From: Selaginella moellendorffii
Taxonomy: Eukaryota > Plantae > Lycopodiophyta
Direction: 5' to 3'
DNA length: 64,000 bases
Assembly (NCBI RefSeq): GCF_000143415.4
Contig: NW_003314304.1
Location: 814,667 to 878,666 of the forward strand
The translations under genes and the position numbers were made by a program. Shown here one piece after another: positions 13,185 to 24,261 of this stretch. Below the pieces are notes generated by a model. It did no database searches, was not told where the DNA came from, and saw only the letters and a program-made list of their open reading frames with translations. How positions within the stretch are numbered: position 1 is the first letter of the stretch; each line of letters starts with the position of its first letter.

Positions 13185-14777
13185 CGACATTAAGAGCATG
13201 AACAACGATCTGTTTGTAGCCGCATGGTGGAGGGCCGCGGCCAGAGTTATTCCTTCAAACATGATGATGAACGAGTGCACAAGTGTGTAGAAGTCAAGGA
13301 TAAAAAACTAATTAATAAATAAAATAAAGATAAAAAAATAAAAGAAAAAGGATAATGAAGCATCCGATGGCGATGCTCTGATCGAAGAAAAGCCTTAAAA
13401 AAATCCGAAGCCTTCCCCTCCCCTGTGCAGCTCGCTGCTGATCTGAAGAGAACCTCGAGCACATCTACTCCAAATGATTGGAAAAGCTTGTCAAACACCA
13501 GCAGCATACAGAAAACATTCAGCGAATGATTGTGAAAACTAGAAGAATAAACGTATTGAAAAAAATAAATGATTAAAAAGCCAGACCTCGAGCATGTTGT
13601 AGATCACATAGAGCTTGATGTTTGGCTCGAATCTGATAGAGTGATAGATGTACCTGATCTCTGGAACTCATACACACACATAAAAAAAATTGAATAAATG
13701 AATTTGAGCAGCGAAAAATGATTGAGGAGCTCACCAGCTTGCTGAAGAGCCTTCACTCCGGCGATTAATATGATCAAACAACATAAGTCGCACCAGTCAC
13801 TGGGTCCGACTGTCCGGAAGTTCCTGCTCGAGAAATATATCAATAAAAATGAATGTATAAAAGATGTAAAATCACCTTACACGGTTCGGTAAAACCATCA
13901 GGAGCCGCAATGGAGTCACAGTTAAGAGTGACAAGAAAGAGTCTAGGCAGACAAAGAAACAAGCTGAGTAAGAAAAAACAAGAACAAAGTGAATAAATTC
14001 AAACCGAATGCAACCAAACAAAATAAAACTGGAAAAAAAAACCATAAAACTGACCAGCTCGCAGCGCCAGGGAACATTGCACAAGACATTGTACCCGCGC
14101 TCCCGGCTTTGTTCGCTTCCGGTTCTTGTCGTAATTTGCAGAGCAGCTCCATCAGTGAGCTCGTCCATCACATGTTGAACCGGAGAAAAATCCAGTTCCA
14201 TGTCTGAAATATTTCAAAAAATAAAAAGAATTATATCCTGAAGAAAACAAAAAATGTCGCAACATACTTACACTCATTGCCAGCATTCATAAGTTGTCTC
14301 CAGTGAGCTCCACTGGTGGGATCAAAAGCTGGTGGAAGAGCCGGGAAAGGTTTGTCAGCCTCGTTCTCGAGCTTCTTCTGTGAACCCGGTTCGGTTTCAC
14401 CATCGGGTTCAAAGTTGATAACCGAGGTATGTTGGCGGAGAAGCGGGCTTCTCCGCCAGAGGTGTGATGAACGACTGAGGTAGCCGGGTCTTCAACCCGG
14501 GAGCTGCATGTGTCTTCGTCCACCAGAAGAAGAGATCCATTGGCGGGCTCTGAAGAGCTCTTGCTTTCTGCCGGTGGGAGATCAAGCCTCGGGCGGTGAT
14601 GGAGGCCGCCATTGGAGTGAACAGTGGCCTCCTCGATCTCTGGCGGGCTCAGCTCGGAGCTGGAGCGGGTGGGAGACCCTAAACCCTAAACCCTAAACCA
14701 GAAACATCGCGGAGCAGCACATCGTAGGAGAAGCTCCGGCTCATGCGATGATGATCCTGGGATGCTGCTGGCGCCAT
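13185..14777 (-). pseudogene. POD1/TAPT1 (DUF747) membrane protein, 3'-truncated and frameshifted
   Basis: Spliced exons give NVPWRCEL, FFVCLDSFLSLLTVTPLR, IYHSIRFEPNIKLYVIYNMLE|VFDKLFQSFGVDVLEVLF, HSFIIMFEGITL. Exon 1 is disrupted by (TTTAGGG)3. Confidence 0.85.
14677..14697. repeat. Interstitial plant telomeric repeat (CCCTAAA)3
   Basis: ccctaaa ccctaaa ccctaaa. Confidence 0.95.
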
Positions 14778-14978
14778 GAGTTGTGGACTATGCTCATCTC
14801 CCCCCTCCCCGCGACACTCAAGCTCCAGGAACCCTAATTCTTCCAGAGAAAGGAATATTCGCCCGCATCTCCATGTGGCCGCCGACAACTGGACAGCCTA
14901 CGTGTCTGCGATCTGGGCTCAATAAAAGAGTAAAAATTCAGGGTTTTTCTCCGGAAGCAGCAGAAGAACGAGAAGGAG

Positions 14979-16359
14979 ATGGAGGATCCGAACAAGGATT
15001 CAAGCGGCGGCGATGATCAGGTAATGATCTCTCTCTCAGGCTCAGCTAGAGGAGAAGGGTTTCCCGCTAGGTCACAGTGACGATCCACTTCGCTGAGCCA
15101 GATCTGGTCTACACTATCCACTACAGCGGTGGAGTGCTGGCGCAGGCAGCCTTCGATGAGAGCGTTGAGAAGGGGATCTCTCAGTTCCTGGAAGCGACGG
15201 GGCTGTCCAAGGAGGACTTTCTGAGCCATCCGGAAGGTATGTGGTCCAAGCCTTGTTTCTGGTCGACAAAAGTTGAACTCTTTGTTCTTCTGCAGCGAAT
15301 CTGGATGGGAAGACGGTGGCGGAGTGGGCCAAAAACGCTGTTCCTCGGGTGATCCTCACCACCAAGCCGAAGAATGGGCTTCTTCACAAGCTGCAGTGGA
15401 AGACGAGGGAGGCCCAGGTCGCCAGGCAAGTGATGGGTGCCCAGGAGGAAACGGCGAGGCAGAAGGGTGTGGCGATGGCCAGAGCTGTGATGCTGAATCC
15501 GCAGCAGGAGCAGCTGGGGCGGCTGCAGAGCGAGAAGAATCAGCTGAAGTACCAGCTGCTTGCCGCGCAGGAGGAGCTAAAGGGGAAGGCGGAGTCCGAG
15601 AAGCAGCAGGTGATGATCAGGGAGGCCGAGCAGCAGCAGATGAAGATCAGGGAGGCGGCTCAGAAGGAGGCGAGGAAGCAGGAGGAGGAGGCTGCGAAGG
15701 TGGCGAAGAAGAGGCATGACCAGCTGGTGAGCCACATCGACAGCCTCCAGCGCCAGCTGCGAGAGAAGCGGGAGGAGCTGGACACGCACAAGAAGCTCCT
15801 CCGGGAGCAGCGAGATCTGCTGGACAAGCAGAGCGAGCTTGTCCAGCAGGAGGTTGACAAGCAGCTTCTCCTCCAGCAAGCCGAGCACGAAGCCGAAAAG
15901 CTTCTCCTCCAGGAGAAGGTCATGGAGAAGCTAGAGCTCTACAATGCGGAGAGGCGCTACCGGGACAATGACACAAAGCAGAAGAAATCCCTCCAGAAGG
16001 ACCTGGAGAGAAAGAAGGTGGAGAAAGTGACTGATGAGATGACGATCGTGGGCCTGGAGAAGCAGATAGGGGAGCTCAGCAGCAGGGTGGTGAGCCTGGA
16101 CCAGGAGAATGGGAAGCTCAGGAGCAGGGTGGCGACCCTGGAGCAGGAGAATGGGAAGCTCAGCAGCAGGGTGGCGAGCCTGGAGCTCCAGAACTCCACG
16201 CTCGTGCAGAAGAACGAGGAGATGAGCACCCTGTTCCTCAAGGAGATGATGGAGCTGCGGGACATGATGAGCACTCAGGAGAAGGAGCACAAGATCACCG
16301 TTGGAGCCCTGTGCAAAAGGATTGACGAGCTCGAGACCGGTCGCCCGGTCCCGGTGTAA
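14979..16359 (+). CDS. Coiled-coil protein of unknown family (exons 14979-15020, 15071-15236, 15296-16359)
   Basis: GT-AG introns join MEDPNKDSSGGDDQ|VTVTIHF..HPE|ANLDGKTVAEW in frame. Long E/K/Q-rich heptad region, GC-rich codons and a 14-aa internal repeat. Confidence 0.75.
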
Positions 16360-16759
16360 GCTTCCTCTTCCCATCGATGGATCGAATCGATCGATGCCAG
16401 CTTTTTTCCTTTTAGTTTCTGGCTTTCTACCATCGCCTCCTTTATTTTCTGGTTAGCTACTACGTTTTGTACATGAATATATCTACAACGATCCCCCTGG
16501 GATTCTCGTCACTGGCGAACTGGCCTTGGAGATGTGATCAGCTTCGATCCCCCCCGCTTGCTGGAGGAGTATATGGAGCGGGTTAGCCAGGATCGATCAA
16601 CGGGAGGCGGCGATGGATCAACACTGGGATTGAGCTTCTCGAGTGCTCGGGTGTTTTCCGAGCTGCAGGGGTTCCTGGAAGATTTCCCTTGGAGTACCCG
16701 GTGCTCGTCATGGAGGGGGTTTGGCACCGGGAGATGCCCCCGGGAGTTCTTGATTTCTT

Positions 16760-17368
16760 GATACTAAACAATTCTGGCTCCTTGTTAAGAATACTAACAC
16801 AATATAATTCAGAACAATAACTGCCACAGGGCCTCTTTTGAGCTGCATGCACATATAGAAACCAGCCAACTCAAAGGACGCCGAGCCATTTGATCACAAT
16901 TACCTCGATGACAATCCTCATTCCTGCTCAATCACTGTCGCTTACGCCTTGTAGCACCTGCACAGAAAAATAATATATTATATTATCTGAAACGCCTGAG
17001 GCGCACCTTGCTGCTACAAGTTCGGCAATCTTCGCAACCAAAGTAGACTTATTTGGAATCTGCAAAACCAAGGCCAAATCTAAAATCATCATCTTAATAA
17101 TATATTACAAGTCGAACCTCAGTAATTTCATAGATGGTAAGTTCCCACTTATTTGAGAGAACGAGGACACGGGTCTCACTCACTTCTACTTTTTTTTTAT
17201 GATGCGAGATCTGCTTTGCCTCTACCTGTAATCTTTCCGCGGCCTGTTCTAATGCGTCCTCTATCCTGCGAGTTACTATAGCTTGTAAGGCCGAAGGAAA
17301 GAGGCCCCAAAATTTGTCCTCCGGTCGGAAAATCTGGGGCAGGCAGATATTCCATCAGTTCTTCGATC
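16760..17368 (-). pseudogene. DNA gyrase subunit A (organellar-type) internal fragment
   Basis: IEELMEYLPAPDFPTGGQILG, RTGRGKIT, IPNKSTLVAKIAELV, GVSD..AGMRIVIE|LKRG; spliceosomal introns, deletions and a stop codon. Confidence 0.85.
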
Positions 17369-17469
17369 TGTAAAAATCATGGTTGCAGTGACGTATCCTT
17401 TCTCGTTGAATTTTACAGCGTTGCTAAGAAGACTTACCTGCAGAGTTAGAGTCAGATGCGAATAAGCTG

Positions 17470-17860
17470 CAAGAAGTAACTGACCAGGATTTGGCGGATT
17501 CGAGCCGACTCCCCGAGCAAAGGGCTAGGAACAGAATCCTAAGTCAACTCAAGACCCTTCGCGACAAGATCAAATGATTCTTCAACACGTTGCAGGATCT
17601 CTGTAGGTTGCAAGTCAAGCTCCATGTTACCCGCTTCAATTTTGCTGCAATAGAACGAGAGCAACCAAGCTCAGCATGACGTGAATTTAGATCCGCTTCT
17701 TACCTGTAATCAAGGATAACATTGATAATCCCCAGCAATACCTCTCCACTGCTGCGAGTAGTAGAAGCATACTCGCCTTGCTCATCCGTTATGTCCGTTT
17801 CAGCGTCCATGCCAATCACGGCATTCATTGGAGTACGAATTTCATGCGACATGTGAGCAA
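17470..17860 (-). pseudogene. Hybrid histidine kinase HisKA-region fragment
   Basis: H-box [47 protein letters not shown]; deletions and stops. Confidence 0.85.
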
Positions 17861-18583
17861 TCTTTGGAAGCCAAGTACCAGATATAAGTTGTGTGAAATA
17901 CTTTAGTACCAGGAATTTTCGATGAAGAGGACCCTGTCGCGCTTGGGTGAGGAGAGCGCTGGATTGGGAGGAGCGTCCACAATCCTCCGGATCTCTCAGG
18001 CTGGCAACTGGTACGAACTGCAAAAGAACGCATAAAAAACTAGTAGTTAAAGTAGAAACAGATTCTCACCTTTTAGAGCTGATCCTCAGAAGGAAGCGTG
18101 GACTTCGTCTCCGGTTTTTTCCACTCTCCATTCTTTCTTCGCTAATCAAGAAGGTAGCAAATCAACCTCCTGCGAGAAAAACAAAGTTACGTTGTAATAT
18201 TTGCACTGCTCGAAAAAACTTATCGCAATTTATCGGTGAGTGGAATAAGTGACCTCGCCAGAAGAAAAGCACTGGTCCAGCACATTGTCCAGCCCCTTCA
18301 TACTTTCGTCTCGGGTAAATCAGTCGGCAACGATCGTAGCTACTGTGCTTTCTTGAGTCCGGGCACTGTCTGGTGAGACAAGCAGCTTCCTCGCTCTTCT
18401 GCAAGCAAATCAATGAGAAAAACCAGAACCTTCTTGAAGTCAAAATTTTCTTGTCTCGTATTTTATCGCCGTCAATCACATGCTCTTTGCAAGCAGCATT
18501 GCTTGCATTCCCAAAAAGATCTTGTTCCTAATCAAAAGAACTCAAGATGGAGAAACACGTCAAAGGAAATACTTACACTGAAA

Positions 18584-19575
18584 CTAGAGATCAAGTGTTC
18601 TAGTCAAGTCAAACTTGAAACTAGAGCTGATCATCATGGTAGAATTGGGATGATAATTCTGCATATCACTTAGAATGGCCCCGTAGGTTGTAGCACCTTC
18701 TTGTATGTAGTGCGTCATATTGCTCGTGAACCAGCCCCTCTGATTGACTTCGTCCTAAAAGAAAACTTCACAAGATTAGTAAATGTGGAACTTTCTCTGC
18801 ACTTACAAAATATGATAACTCAGAGTCTAAGCATGCAGAAATTGAGACCACGCTCGTTCTGAAAAACACTCCGGCTTGTAATATCTCTGGCGGCGTCTGG
18901 GACGATGCGTTAAACCATCCAGATCCAGTGTTTCCATATGGAAGATCAAGCACAGTCCCGCTGTGACAGGAATCGAATATGGCAGTCAGATGGACTCCTC
19001 CATGGAGATACTGGACCATGACGTTATGAAGTATGTCATCTACCGAGTACTGTAACAAAGACAGAAAATGAAATTGTAAACAGCGATGAAATCAACAAAC
19101 CCCCGTCGTTGAAGCATAAAGCCTCGTCGTTTCCATCCAGCTCGTCCAAGTTTTTGTCGGGGAATTGAGTCCCGTGTCCACAAAAGTAAAACAACAATCT
19201 TTCGCCAGCGCTAGCAGCCGCAGCAAAATCTAGTATAGCGGTCAAAGCTTGGATCACTTCTGGGCCTGAAAAAACAAACACTTACAACAAAATCTCAAAT
19301 AATCACATTACCATACTCTTGAATATTGTGGTTTTATACTTCCGACCGATCAGGTTTAATATGTCCTCTAAATCCTTCAAGCATCCTATCCCACCGTCGT
19401 CAACCGTTAGAAGTAAAGCGTTCATAGACGTTGACAATATCGTAGGATCTACCACGGAGCTCGTACATGTCTTGCAACTGAAGGAATTTTCGAGCGACAC
19501 AAAGTGCCCTTCAGCTTGTGACAAAAGCACAAGAAGGACGATAACTCCTGCACCTGTAAACAGCAAAAATCTCAT
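18584..19575 (-). CDS. Metacaspase (peptidase C14) with hydrophobic N-terminal leader and no Zn-finger prodomain
   Basis: LLFYFCGHG (catalytic His), [29 protein letters not shown] (catalytic Cys), p10 [11 protein letters not shown] and end [14 protein letters not shown]. Introns 19316-19266 and 18806-18755. The middle intron needs the TAG acceptor near 19040 or a 1-nt indel in a G5 run. Confidence 0.85.
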
Positions 19576-19607
19576 AACATTCAATCATCATAAGACATAA
19601 TACAGAC

Positions 19608-20640
19608 CTTTGCCTTGCCATAAGGACTCGGACAGTAGGAAGAGAGACTCCCATATCCGCCGGTTGAAAAGAATCTGGCTGGTGTTCGCGAGGGGAGATA
19701 ATCCGGGAAGGCCGCAGATGTTCTTCTTCTTGGGATCAACAACCTGCCATTGAAAATTTAGAGCTCCTGGATAGAACAAGAGAATGGCTTTTACCTGGAC
19801 GACGACCACGGCAATGGCGCCCAGGAACAAGAAGAACAATATGCATCTACCGGTAGCAAGCTGCAAAACAGGATCCTCCACCAGTGTATCCCGGAAGAAA
19901 AGAATGCCAACTTGTCATTTGAGCGTCGATCGGACCTTTTTTACGCGCTCAATCTTCTGATCCGTCTCGTCCATAGTTTTCTTCCCAGCGTCCATGAGTT
20001 GCTGGTTTGACATTGCTACAAAAACGAAGAGCAAAGAGCTTAGAGAATCAAGTGAGACAAGTGGCGACTTACTGGACACCATCTTTACGTTTGGATCCGT
20101 GAGGTCAGTGCGAGCACCTTCGCCACCTTCCGTCAATTCCGCCTTTTTGTTCTCCAGCGAGCTCGTGTACCTGTGGAAAAGAGAGAAGCACTTGTGAGAC
20201 ACCGGCATGGCGAAGGAATGCACACACAAGAACTCACGTTTTGCGCAGGGCCACATACGAGTTGAGCTCCTTGATCTGCAAGAGACACCATCGTAGCGCT
20301 CGCAAAATCTCCTGGCCTGGAACTTACCAGTGACTGCTTCTTTTCATTCAGCTGCTTCGTCAAATCCGGTGGGTTCATCGACTCCTCCTCCTTGATCTCC
20401 CTAAACTCCTTCATGAGCCTGCATTGAAACTTTAGCGTCTCTAGCTAGCACAGCCAGGAGGGAGCGAGACCGACCTCTTGCACTCACGTATCTTGGCAGT
20501 GAGCTCCTCCAGATGCTTGCTCTGCCGGGCAGGCTCCTTGATCTTGTCCATCTTCTGGAAGCCAGACCTGCATTTGGCCAGTGAGAATTTCTAGATATCT
20601 AGTGCGAGGGCGACTTACGATTGATCCTTGAGCTGGCCAC
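19608..20640 (-). pseudogene. NPSN copy 2: in frame from exon 2 through TM and tail, lacks the SNARE-core exons and a complete exon 1
   Basis: SGFQKMDKIKEPARQSKHLEELTAKIRECKR..IERVKK|LATGRCILFFLFLGAIAVVVVQ|VVDPKKKNICGLPGLSP. Confidence 0.85.
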
Positions 20641-20644
20641 CTAC

Positions 20645-21511
20645 ATCTACCTTGACGACAATCACGGCAATGACAATGAGGACAGGAAGAACAGTATGCA
20701 TCTATCGCTAGCACGCTGCAAAACAGAGAAAGAAAAGAATGCCAACTTGTCATTTGAGCGTCGACCGGACCTTTTTTACGCGCTCAATCCTCTCATCCGT
20801 CTCGTCCATGGTTTTCTTACCAGCGTCCATGGGTTGCTGGTTTGACATTGCTACAAAAACGAAGAGCAAAGATCTTAGAGAATCAAGCGAGGCAAGTTGC
20901 GACTTACTGGACGCCATCTTTACTTTTGGACCCATGAGGTCGGTGCGAGCACCTTCGGCACTGCCACCTTCCATCATCTCTGCCTTTTTGTTCCCCAGAG
21001 AGCTCGTGTACCTGGGTGAAACCAAGGAAAAAAGGGAAGAACTTGTGCGACACGGCGTAGGAATGCACACACAAGAACTCACGTTTTGTGCAGGGCCACA
21101 TACGAGTCGAGCGCCTTGATCTGCAAGAGGCGATGAGATCGATCGCTCGCAAAATCTCCTGGCCTGGAGCTTACCAGTGACTGCTTCTTTTCATTCAGCT
21201 GCTTCGCTGGGTTCTTCGACTCCTCCTTGATCTGTCTATCAAACTCCTTCATGAGCCTGCATTGACCCTTTAGCGTCTCTAGCTAGCACAGCCAGGAGGC
21301 AGCGAGACCGACCTCTTGCACTGGCGCAGCTCCTCCAGATCCTTGCTCTGCCGGCCAGGCTCCTTGATCTTGTCCATCTTGGATCTGCATTTTGGCAGTG
21401 AGAATTTCTAGAGAATTTCTAGAGCGAAGCGAGCATGGCGACTGACGAGAGAGCCCGGAAGAGATTCTTGTGGCCATCTAGATCTGCGATCGTCGGGCTG
21501 AGCTCGGCCAT
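20645..21511 (-). pseudogene. NPSN copy 3 (frameshifted), head-to-tail with copy 2
   Basis: Same exon series starting at MAELSPTIADL, with deletions in exons 2 and 3 and a frameshift in the TM exon. Confidence 0.85.
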
Positions 21512-22078
21512 CGTCTCGCGCCTACAGCCTCCCGCCCAAACCCCCCGCTAGAACCTAAATTCCGACAAATATCTTTGCATATTCCTTCTTGGAAGAACAA
21601 TTTGTTCTAATGGACGCCCGCCATTCGCGCTGGGAAGATCTTCCTCTGGAAGGTTCGTCCTGCTCATCGCCGACAAAAGGTTGCGTTCCTCCGTGTAATC
21701 TTTCCCTCTCTCACGCTCAATCACAGGAAATCGGCAAGGAATTTTCAATTTTCAGCTCCAAGCTTGCAAGGATTCAGAGCTCGTCAGCTTTGGGACAACA
21801 ATACGTCAATAGAAGTTTACGAAGCCTCCAATTTCAAGAGTTTGGATCTCTCCAGACACGTCTAGGCTCTAGGGCAACATAGAGGCTGGCGAATCTTCAA
21901 GTTTATTCCAGAGTAATTAAATTACATAGCACTAAGTATATCTTTTTCATTTAAATTATGTTTTTAATAAAGTTTCCTAAACACCTCCTGATTAGAGCTA
22001 TCGCGTGGGAGCTCATACCTTTTCTTTTCTTGTATATAAGTCCCCTGGTCCAGGTGCTAGGGCAGAGAAGGGCGAAGA

Positions 22079-23146
22079 ATGGCGATGGCGGCAGCGGGGG
22101 CGGCGATGGTATTCTTGGTGCTTGTCGCGGCGCAGGCGTGCGGCCGTGATTACTGCTCTCTCCGCCAGGCGCGCGGCTGCGGGAACAGCACGGTTGAGGT
22201 AGAGCACGCTATGAGCGCGCACAAGTGCTTCATAGCCGACACGGTTGTAGCTGCCACGCTCACAGATGTGCGCCGCCTCCCCAACTCGTATCTCATCCTT
22301 TTGGAGATGCCGGGCGTGACGAGCAGCAGCGATGTCAAGGTGGAGGTCTCGGGCTCTCAGTTCCATCGAGTCGTCTCCATCGTTGGGATCTCTCACGAGG
22401 CAAAAGAGCGTCGCATCCTCAAGGATCGGGGCGCCTTCACCAAGATGTTTGCGCGAGAGTTTGTGCTCCCCGATGCAGTGGACGCGGAAAGGATAAGCTA
22501 CCAGCTTCACAGTGGTCTCTTGCGGGTGACGCTGCCGCTTGTCCCAGGGCTGGAGCAAACAGGGCGAGAGCAGCGAGAACAGCGAGTTGTGGAGGAGGAG
22601 GAGTACCTTGCGGTGCCTGCCGCGCGTGTTCCTCCGGCCTCGTGCACCATTTCAGACGCGGCCGGGCTCATTCGGCCGGAAGCTCTCGCCTCCAACGACG
22701 CAGAGGATTGTGGTGACGACTCAAGCGTCGTCACCATCTCCCCATTGGTGGACATCTTGGATCGTCCAGGCTCGTACGTGGTCGTCGCGGAGATGCCAGG
22801 CGCGCAGTCGGCCACCGTGGACATCGCTTGGGTGGAGGACAAGTCCGGCTTTGTGCTCGAGATCACTGGCGTTGCTCGAGACGAAGATGATGGCGGAGAA
22901 GCGGTGAGAGTAGAGCGGGGCGGAGCGAGCACCAAAGTGTTTGCTCGCAGGCTTTACTTCCCCCGCGGTGTCGTGCAGGATGTGGCAACATATCACCTCA
23001 GTGATGGGCTTCTCAAGGTGATGCTACCCAAACATGTTCCAAGCCTCGGGCAAAGGATAGCGGGCCTATGGAATAAAGCGTTGAAGCATTTCATATGCCA
23101 AGGTGTTCAGTTTGGGAGGATGAGGGCCAAGTATTGTTTCAGGTAA
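22079..23146 (+). CDS. Small heat-shock (HSP20) protein with signal peptide and two alpha-crystallin domains
   Basis: Intronless 355 aa; leader MVFLVLVAAQACG. ACD1: DVRRLPNSYLILLEMPG..FAREFVLPDAVDAERISYQLHSGLLRVTLP. ACD2: VDILDRPGSYVVVAEMPG..FARRLYFP..LSDGLLKVMLPK. TATATAA lies ~40 nt upstream. Confidence 0.85.
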   Translation: MAMAAAGAAMVFLVLVAAQACGRDYCSLRQARGCGNSTVEVEHAMSAHKCFIADTVVAATLTDVRRLPNSYLILLEMPGVTSSSDVKVEVSGSQFHRVVSIVGISHEAKERRILKDRGAFTKMFAREFVLPDAVDAERISYQLHSGLLRVTLPLVPGLEQTGREQREQRVVEEEEYLAVPAARVPPASCTISDAAGLIRPEALASNDAEDCGDDSSVVTISPLVDILDRPGSYVVVAEMPGAQSATVDIAWVEDKSGFVLEITGVARDEDDGGEAVRVERGGASTKVFARRLYFPRGVVQDVATYHLSDGLLKVMLPKHVPSLGQRIAGLWNKALKHFICQGVQFGRMRAKYCFR

Positions 23147-23479
23147 ATATTTAGACAGAGTATTTCATGCGGCTCTCATCTGATTAGACCTCTCTCCCTC
23201 GAGCTGCATCGACTGGAAGAGCGGATAGCCGAGCTTGGCTCCTGTTGGCCATGGCCTCGAAAGTTCTTGAAGAAATCCTGGAAGCATATTCGAAGAGCAA
23301 GCTTTAAATGTTTCTTAGGTCTAGTTGTAGTTTCTCTCATAACTTTCTATAGAATTAAGTAGCAGCACTTTAAATGTGATCTTGATTATGATGATATCCA
23401 GCCAGGCATCAGTCATAAGTCCGGAGAGCTGCTGTCCAATATCTGTGGCACGAATCGAAAGGAAGAGTCTGTCACTGCT

Positions 23480-23990
23480 GCTGCAGCTATTCTCTCGGAC
23501 ATGTGTTGCTCTCTCCTGGACGCGCTTGTAGCCGGCTTCTGTCAAATTTGGATCTCGAAAGAGCTTGATGGTGTTGGAGGCTAAGTCGAGAACACCTTCC
23601 TTGCCAACTTGGTGAAGCAAGCCAGTGGATTCGTCTACGACGATCTCTGTCGTTCCACTGGCAGCAGTACCCTGTCAAGGCAAAGTTGATCAGCCAATTC
23701 ATTTGCACAGTGGTCCGATAGATTACCAGAATGGGAAGCTTGAATGCCATTGCTTCAATTGAAATCCTTCCCAAGCCCTCTTCCTCAAGGCATTCGCTCA
23801 GGCCGTAAAAACTAGTGCTGGAATTTTTGCTGTTATCGTGGGAAGTGACTGGGTCGGGCAGCCAAAGTTTGAAGCAGAGTTGCGAGAGCTTGTCAAGAAG
23901 AACAGCATGCAGCACGTAGTTCGATTTTGTCAACAAGATGATGAATATGGTTCCATATCTTGCTGCATCAGATGTTCTCATCCAAAACTG
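23480..23990. pseudogene. GT4 glycosyltransferase fragments in opposite orientations
   Basis: Minus strand: GRISIEAMAFKLPIL|GTAASGTTEIVVDESTGLLHQVGKEGV..GYKRVQER. Plus strand (23838-23990): GSDWVGQPKFEAELRELVKKNSMQHVVRF. Confidence 0.8.
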
Positions 23991-24261
23991 GTTCTTCCAG
24001 GCATGAGGAGAGGTTTGGCAAGATCCCCTAGCATGTTCTCTCCTGAGAACGTTCAAGAGAGCTCTCACCCAGTAGCTGTTGCACTGATTGAGTGCCTTCT
24101 CCTTGAGCTCCCACTTTCACCACCTTATGAATTCTTGATACAGCTACTGTGAGACTGATTCATCGTTTGAAACACTGAAATAATCACAAGTGAGAAAGAC
24201 TTACATGTTGTTGTGACTACACTGCTATATTGATATGCCATAGCTGCCTTGGCCGATGTTA

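Noticed and set aside
16760-17860. Bacterial contamination or a recent bacterial insertion (gyrA + histidine kinase)
   Set aside because: Both carry spliceosomal GT-AG introns, and plants have nuclear gyrA and HK genes.
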